DNA from: Octopus sinensis
Lineage: Eukaryota
Assembly: GCF_006345805.1 (NCBI RefSeq)
Contig: NW_021828264.1
Span: 1 to 8,718 of the forward strand
Direction of reading: 5' to 3'
DNA: 8,718 nt
The translations under genes and the position numbers were made by a program. Below are positions 7,500 through 8,718 of this stretch, piece by piece. Every line of letters starts with the position of its first letter. The stretch's first letter is position 1. The notes under the pieces are model-generated. The model made no database searches. It saw only the letters and a list, made by a program, of their open reading frames with translations, and was not told the DNA's origin.

Positions 7500-8133
7500 G
7501 AAAGGAAAAAACGTTCATTCATACCTGTTGGGGACATAGTGCCAAGATCAAATATGAGACCTTGCTCCTTTCATTTCCTACAGAAGTGGGTTCCTAGACA
7601 AGTGGGGTGCAAGGCCATGCCAAACACTGATGAACCTGCAATAGAATGGATTCACAGAGCTGAAGTAAGTGGTGAGAGGTTGGCCTGGCATACGTAGCAT
7701 TATGCTTATGTGTTCGCGAAAGCGATCCCCAAGGCGTCGCCCTGTTTCTTCAATGTAAAGAGCACCGCAGAGTTTGCATATGATGCAATATATGAGATTC
7801 GCCGAAGTGCAACAGAAGTGTTACGTGATATTGCTTCTTGGGCCCCGTGGTGGTGGTAATATTGTTGATGTAGGGGCATGTGTTACATCGTCGGCGGGAA
7901 CATCTAATGGTTCTTGGCTGTGCGGAGCTGGGAGCTGTGAAGTTTCTAACAAGATTTCTAAGAATCCTATCTTTCTTAAAAGAAAGGAAAGGCGGTGTAG
8001 AAACAATTAGGGGTGGTTGTTGGGTCAGAAAGAAGAATGCGAAAGTTGTGGGTGAGTTTGTGCTATAGAGGAGGGATGGATGGGTGGTAGGTGAGAGAGA
8101 GTGGAATACAGGCGGTGGAAGTGCGTGAAGATG
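7500..8133 (-). pseudogene. Disrupted PLE ORF C-terminal half (C-x4-C-x2-C linker and GIY-YIG endonuclease)
   Basis: Frameshifts near 8014, 7821 and 7649. Stops TAG 8065-8063 and TGA 7573-7571. YIG reads YIE (7757-7749); REH at 7718-7710; Cys motif at 7902-7876. Confidence 0.88.
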
Positions 8134-8231
8134 GTATTCCGTTCTCTCTCACCTACCACCCACCCATCCACCCTCTATAGCACAAACTCACCCACAACTT
8201 TCGCATTCTTCTTTTTGACCCAACAACCGCC
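8012..8231. repeat. Inverted repeat: 98-bp arms (8012-8109, 8134-8231) with a 24-bp spacer at the PLE 5' truncation
   Basis: Ungapped hand alignment gives 91/98 complementary positions. Confidence 0.95.
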
Positions 8232-8305
8232 TCTCTCTCTCTCTTCTCTCTTCTCTCTCTCTCTATATATATATATATTATGTATATATATATATATATA
8301 GATAT

Positions 8306-8346
<41 letters not shown>

Positions 8347-8347
8347 C
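8232..8347. repeat. Compound (CT)n-(TA)n-(GATA)n microsatellite
   Basis: Directly visible. Confidence 0.95.
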
Positions 8348-8350
8348 ATT

Positions 8351-8499
8351 GGCGCAGGCGTGGCTGAGTGGTAAGTAGCTTGCTTACCAACCAGACGGTT
8401 CCAGGTTCAGTCCCACTGCGTGGCATCTCAAGCAAGTGTCTTCTACTATAGCCTCGGGCCGACCAAAGCCTTTATTTATATAGATACGTATATATATGA

Positions 8500-8538
<39 letters not shown>

Positions 8539-8718
8539 TGTGTTTGTGTGTGTGGATATGTTTGTGTGTCTGTGTTTGTTTCCCCCACCATTGCTTGACA
8601 ACCGATGTTGGTGTGTTTACGTCCCCGTCAATTAGCGGTTCGACGAAAGAGACCGATAGAATAAGTACTAGGCTTACAAAGAATAAGTTCTGGGGTCGAT
8701 TTGTTCGACTAAAGGCGG
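8351..8718 (+). mobile_element. tRNA-derived composite SINE, same family as 3154-3537, running off the window end
   Basis: Intact head ggcgcaggcg, A box tggctgagtgg (8361-8371), B box ggttcagtccc (8404-8414), internal TA/TG microsatellite, 3' module collinear with 3361-3490. Confidence 0.9.

Larger units (their letters stand above)
7109..8133 (-). mobile_element. 5'-truncated Penelope-like retroelement (probably Neptune group): linker, GIY-YIG endonuclease and 3' pLTR-like region
   Basis: Minus-strand translation across frameshifts: IPLSLTYHPSIPPL*HKLTHNFRILLSDPTT / PLIVSTPPFLSFKKDRILRNLVRN..CSRRRCNTCPYINN..GPKK / HFCCTSANLIYCIICKLCGALYIEETGRRLGDRFREH..PGQP / HS..SVFGM..RK*KEQGLIFDLGTMSPTGMNERF. 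These are the PLE post-RT motif, Cys linker, GIY-YIG motifs and the LGT..P.G.N C-terminus. A pyrimidine-rich 3' region with a hammerhead motif follows. The 3' boundary is approximate. Confidence 0.9.

Noticed and set aside
7627-7660. CTGATGA on the plus strand as a second hammerhead
   Set aside because: No stem II or GAAA follows, and it lies antisense within the PLE ORF.
7774-8068. Plus-strand ORFs 7774..8010 and 7880..8068
   Set aside because: Antisense to the PLE coding frame; no independent evidence.
1-8718. Prokaryotic systems (CRISPR arrays, operons, rRNA or true tRNA genes)
   Set aside because: No repeat-spacer array or gene-dense organisation; the tRNA-like A/B boxes belong to SINE heads.

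Overview
AT-rich, microsatellite-saturated eukaryotic non-coding DNA with no recognisable intact cellular gene. The repeat families resemble those of octopus or other coleoid cephalopods; this is recognition from memory, not a database hit. Every ORF in the supplied track is a simple-repeat artefact, a piece of a decayed transposon, or unrecognisable. The window holds: (1) a 5'-truncated, decayed Penelope-like element (PLE, probably Neptune group) on the minus strand at ~7109-8133, with a Cys linker, a GIY-YIG endonuclease, a degenerate minimal hammerhead ribozyme in its 3' region, and a ~98-bp fold-back inverted duplication at its 5' break; (2) a 5'-truncated R4/Dong-clade retrotransposon remnant (5985-6485, restriction-like endonuclease) between two in-phase (TAA)n tracts; (3) four tRNA-derived SINE copies from two families; (4) a ~216-bp Tc1/mariner deletion derivative; (5) many compound microsatellites; (6) a few unique islands with candidate regulatory motifs, hairpins and a possible micro-exon, all low confidence.
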